A stretch of DNA of 64,000 bases from Tubiluchus corallicola (taxonomy: Eukaryota; Animalia; Priapulida): contig JAQGDQ010000435.1 in the NCBI GenBank assembly GCA_030141605.1, forward strand, positions 15,354 through 79,353, in the 5' to 3' direction. Under the pieces are notes generated by a model that had not been told where the DNA came from, made no database searches, and saw nothing but the letters and a program-made list of their open reading frames with translations. Positions 60,533 through 64,000 of the stretch are shown here, one piece after another. Numbering within the stretch: the first letter of the stretch is position 1; each line of letters begins with the position of its first letter. The position numbers were made by a program, and so were the translations under genes.

Positions 60533-63500
60533 TGATATCGAAAAGGCATTTTTGGCGGTAGGTCTTTTAGAGCCTGACCGTGATGTTACACGTTTTTTAT
60601 GGATTAAAAACCCTAGTAATGTGAGTGTCACACCTGATAACCTACAAATTTTTCGTTTCCAGAGGGTCCCGTTCGGCATTCTTTGTTCACCGCATCTTCT
60701 ATCAGGGACTGTACGATATCATTTACAAAAAATGGAAAACGAGGTACCTGCTGCTAAATTGATTTTACCAAATATCTATGTCGATAATGTCATTTTAGGC
60801 GTGAATTCCACAGAAGAGGCAACTTCTTTTTACTTTCAAGCAAAACAACTGTTCTCCTCTGCATCGATGAACCTTCGTCAATGGGGATCCAACAACAAAG
60901 ACTTCATCGACTTGGTTCCAAAGGATGACAAAGTTCAATCCACGGAGATCAAAGTACTAGGTTTGAAGTGGAACACAGAAACGGATACGTTAAGTATTTC
61001 TCATAAGCTGCTTCCTAATTTACATAACAGTGTTACTAAACGTGAAATTTTAAAGCAAGTTGCTTGTTACTTTGACCCACTTGGACTTTTTAGTGCAATT
61101 ACCCTTAATGCTAAATTGTTTCTTGCAGAACTTTGGAAACTAAAATATGACTGGGATACTTCTTTGAGTCCTGAATTGGCTGAACGTTGGTTTGATATAG
61201 CTGACCATTTGTGTAATATAGTGTTAATAAATTTTCCTAGATGCATTTGTTTTGATCCTATTAATGTTTTGCACTTTGAGCTCGCTTGTTTTGCAGACGC
61301 TTCAGCAGTTGCTTACAGCGCTGTAATTTATCTTCGCCAGCTACATCATGACGGCACTATTCGCACAGATTTGGTCTTCACCAAGACAAGACTGGCTCCA
61401 AAGAACACAACAATACCCAGGATGGAGTTGTTGGGAGTTCTAATCTGCGCGAGAGCTGCCAACTTTGTTCGAGAACAGTTGAAGATAAGTGATGTTATAT
61501 GCACTATTCTTACTGATTCACAGTGCGTTTTGCACTGGCTTCGCTCAAGTAAACCACTGAGTACATTTGTTACTAACAGAGTAAGTGAATTACGCAGCTA
61601 CAATGATATGATTTTTCGCTATATACCGTCTGAAAACAACATTGCAGACTTTGCCACTAAACCAAATTCTGGTGTTCTTAATGAGACCTGGTTTAATGGT
61701 CCTGAATTTTTACTTCACGAAAAATCATTGTGGCCTTCTAGTGATCTTCCACCTGTTAATTCAGACGAGTTAAAGCAAATCGAGTCAGAAATTAAACTTA
61801 ATGATTCTTGTACTTTTGCTAAATTTGAATCGTCACTCATGACTGTCGATGCAAATAAGGTAGATCTTACCGTGATTCCATTGTCTAACCATTCTTCATT
61901 TGTCAGGCTGGTTCGTGTTACATGCCTTGTTCTGAAAGCCATCAGGAAATTTCGTCGTGATCCAGATACGTCTCATCGCATCACCTCTCGTGATATGGAA
62001 CACGCCACCTTGATGTGGGTAAGGCATACTCAATCAGCATTTACACCTGAACAAATAAGGAACTTCCAAAACCTTGGCCCAATGGTCGATAATGATGGAA
62101 TAATCAGATGCTGTGGTCGACTTGGTAATCTGGACACCTATGGCTCACGAAAACCTGCGTTGTTACCAAAGGACCACCCCTTTACTCTGCTTCTGGTAAG
62201 ACACTACCATGTAACTCATTTGCATGTTGGAGCAGCTCAAACGTTAGCTCTGATACGTAAAAAGTACTGGATACCATCAGGACGCACTGCTGTCCGTAGT
62301 GTACTTTCTAAATGCACCATATGTCGTAAAGTCGAAGGAGGTCCTTTCCGTTTACCTAAAATGGCCGACCTACCTTCAACCCGTTTGTTTGAAAGTCGGT
62401 GTTTTCAATACACTGGACTAGATTATATGGGACCAGTGATCACAAAAGAATTTTATGGCGGCAGTTCCAAGCCAATTTATGAAAAAGCTTGGATTTGTTT
62501 GTTCACCTGCCTTACAACCAGAGCAGTACATCTAGAATTAGTAAATAATCTAACAGCTGAACATTTTCTTATGTGTTTGCGCCGTTTTTTTGGTAGACGT
62601 GGATTGCCAGATATTATAATTTCGGATAATTTCTCGTCCTTCAAACTTGCCAAGCAAACGGTTACATACATTTTTGAAAATGCAATTCTAGATTTTTCAG
62701 CTTGCAAGGGTGTAGAGTGGAAATTCATCACACAGTTATCACCATGGACTGGCGGATTTTTCGAACGGTTAGTTGCTTTGGTGAAGCGTTCTTTGAGAAA
62801 GGTAATCGGTAATCATCCTCTTTCACATGCACATCTCAATACTTTGCTTATTGAAATAGAAAATGTTATCAATAATAGGCCTCTTACTTATATTGATGCT
62901 GACATAAATTCTACTCATGCTCTAACTCCTTCAGATTTTCTTAATCAGCAGATCTTGCACACTATGCCTGAGATGCACTACAGTGATCCAGACTTTACAG
63001 TTGGTAAAGAAACCTCAGCACAGAAGTTACTTGCCTTATGGAAGAAAGGTCAACGGATCCTTAGCAATTTCTGGCGAATCTGGAAAGATGAGTATCTTCT
63101 CAGTCTTAGAGAACAGCATCGCAAATATATTTCTCAACCTAAGGTAACCGTTCCGTTTACTCCTTGTATAGGGGATGTAGTACTGGTAGAAGACCAAAAC
63201 CTTCCACGAGGACAGTGGCGCCTTGGCAAAGTTCTTAAATTGAAGCCTAGTGCAGATGGCTTAATTCGTAGTGTTGAAATTCTTGTTAATGGTTCCACTT
63301 TGAACAGAAATATTAAATGTCTGTACCCCCTTGAATGTCATTTTCATAACTCATCTCATACGACTTTGACAGACGTTTCGACTGAACACGTGTCTTGTCT
63401 TAACAAGAATGATGATGCTGCTTGCATTTCAGATGCGGATTCTTCACCTCTACCTGTCAGCGAACGTCCAAAGAGAAGCCGCCAAAAAGGCAAGAAAATG

Positions 63501-63540
63501 GCTAACAGATGTCAGCACCGACTTATTATCTAGTGATTAG
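60531..63540 (+). CDS. BEL/Pao Pol continuation (RT-RNaseH-integrase), out of frame with the upstream part
   Basis: SDIEKAFL..RVPFG..YVDN..FADAS..GLDYMGP..ISDN..GGFFERLV; a second frameshift is probable near 63477. Confidence 0.88.
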
Positions 63541-64000
63541 TGAATAGTAGTAGTGACAGACTTTGAACTCTCGTTTGTTGATTCAGTACGTCATGGATAT
63601 GATGATGCAGTTGGTTTCCTGATTGGTTCAGGGCCCGTTCCAATTATGGTTACTAGTTGCGGTTATGATGGTTATGGTTATGTCAGTCACAGGTTATGGC
63701 AATGGTTACACTGCTATGCAGCTGATGGATGGAGTTCATGCCACACTACGTTTGCTATATGGAGTCTAAGACAATATTAGCTATTATAAATTGTCCTGTC
63801 TTCATTTGTAAATATTGTAAAATACTTAGATTGCATAAAAAATCACCCCCAAAAACAATATGAAACACAAAACTAAATAGACAGTGTTCTTGCATTGTAA
63901 CCATGTATAATCACAGATAGCCTGTGCTAGTTTATATAATTTTTGATATTTATTTGGATGTGCCTTTAAGGTACTTATTTTGATTTTTCTCACCCATATA

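Larger units (their letters stand above)
56260..64000 (+). mobile_element. BEL/Pao LTR retrotransposon (3' LTR not reached in the window)
   Basis: LTR start TGT at 56260. Gag DUF1759-type region (PKLEIKPFNGNILEWQTFW), three Zn knuckles, protease DTGS, RT YVDN, RNase H FADAS..IPRMEL..TDS, integrase HHCC + D-D-E, FWRIWKDEYL tail. Order is PR-RT-RH-IN. Confidence 0.95.

Overview
AT-rich, intron-containing animal (invertebrate-like) genomic DNA; not prokaryotic. Positions 1-34965 (+) hold the 3' part of a large gene reconstructed by eye as 29 GT-AG exons. The phases chain consistently and the 4395 coding nt give 1464 aa plus a stop. It encodes a single-pass membrane protein: AMOP-like domain, cadherin-like domain, 20 EGF/cbEGF repeats, a Trp-less TSP1 repeat, a SEA-like juxtamembrane domain with two furin sites, a TM helix and a cytoplasmic tail. 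Downstream is a class A neuropeptide-type GPCR with an intronless CDS (43779-45095). At the right end, a near-intact BEL/Pao LTR retrotransposon is inserted into a LINE ORF1. Introns and intergenic DNA carry a solo LTR, Penelope/RTE/other LINE relics, MITEs, a 43-bp minisatellite with a 129-bp higher-order repeat, microsatellites and a recent 485-bp tandem duplication with a templated junction. The best candidate for something novel is the receptor: a VWD-less mucin-4-like head, a period-6 EGF array and a possible Notch-like furin-cleaved SEA switch. All calls are from visual inspection; no database searches were run.
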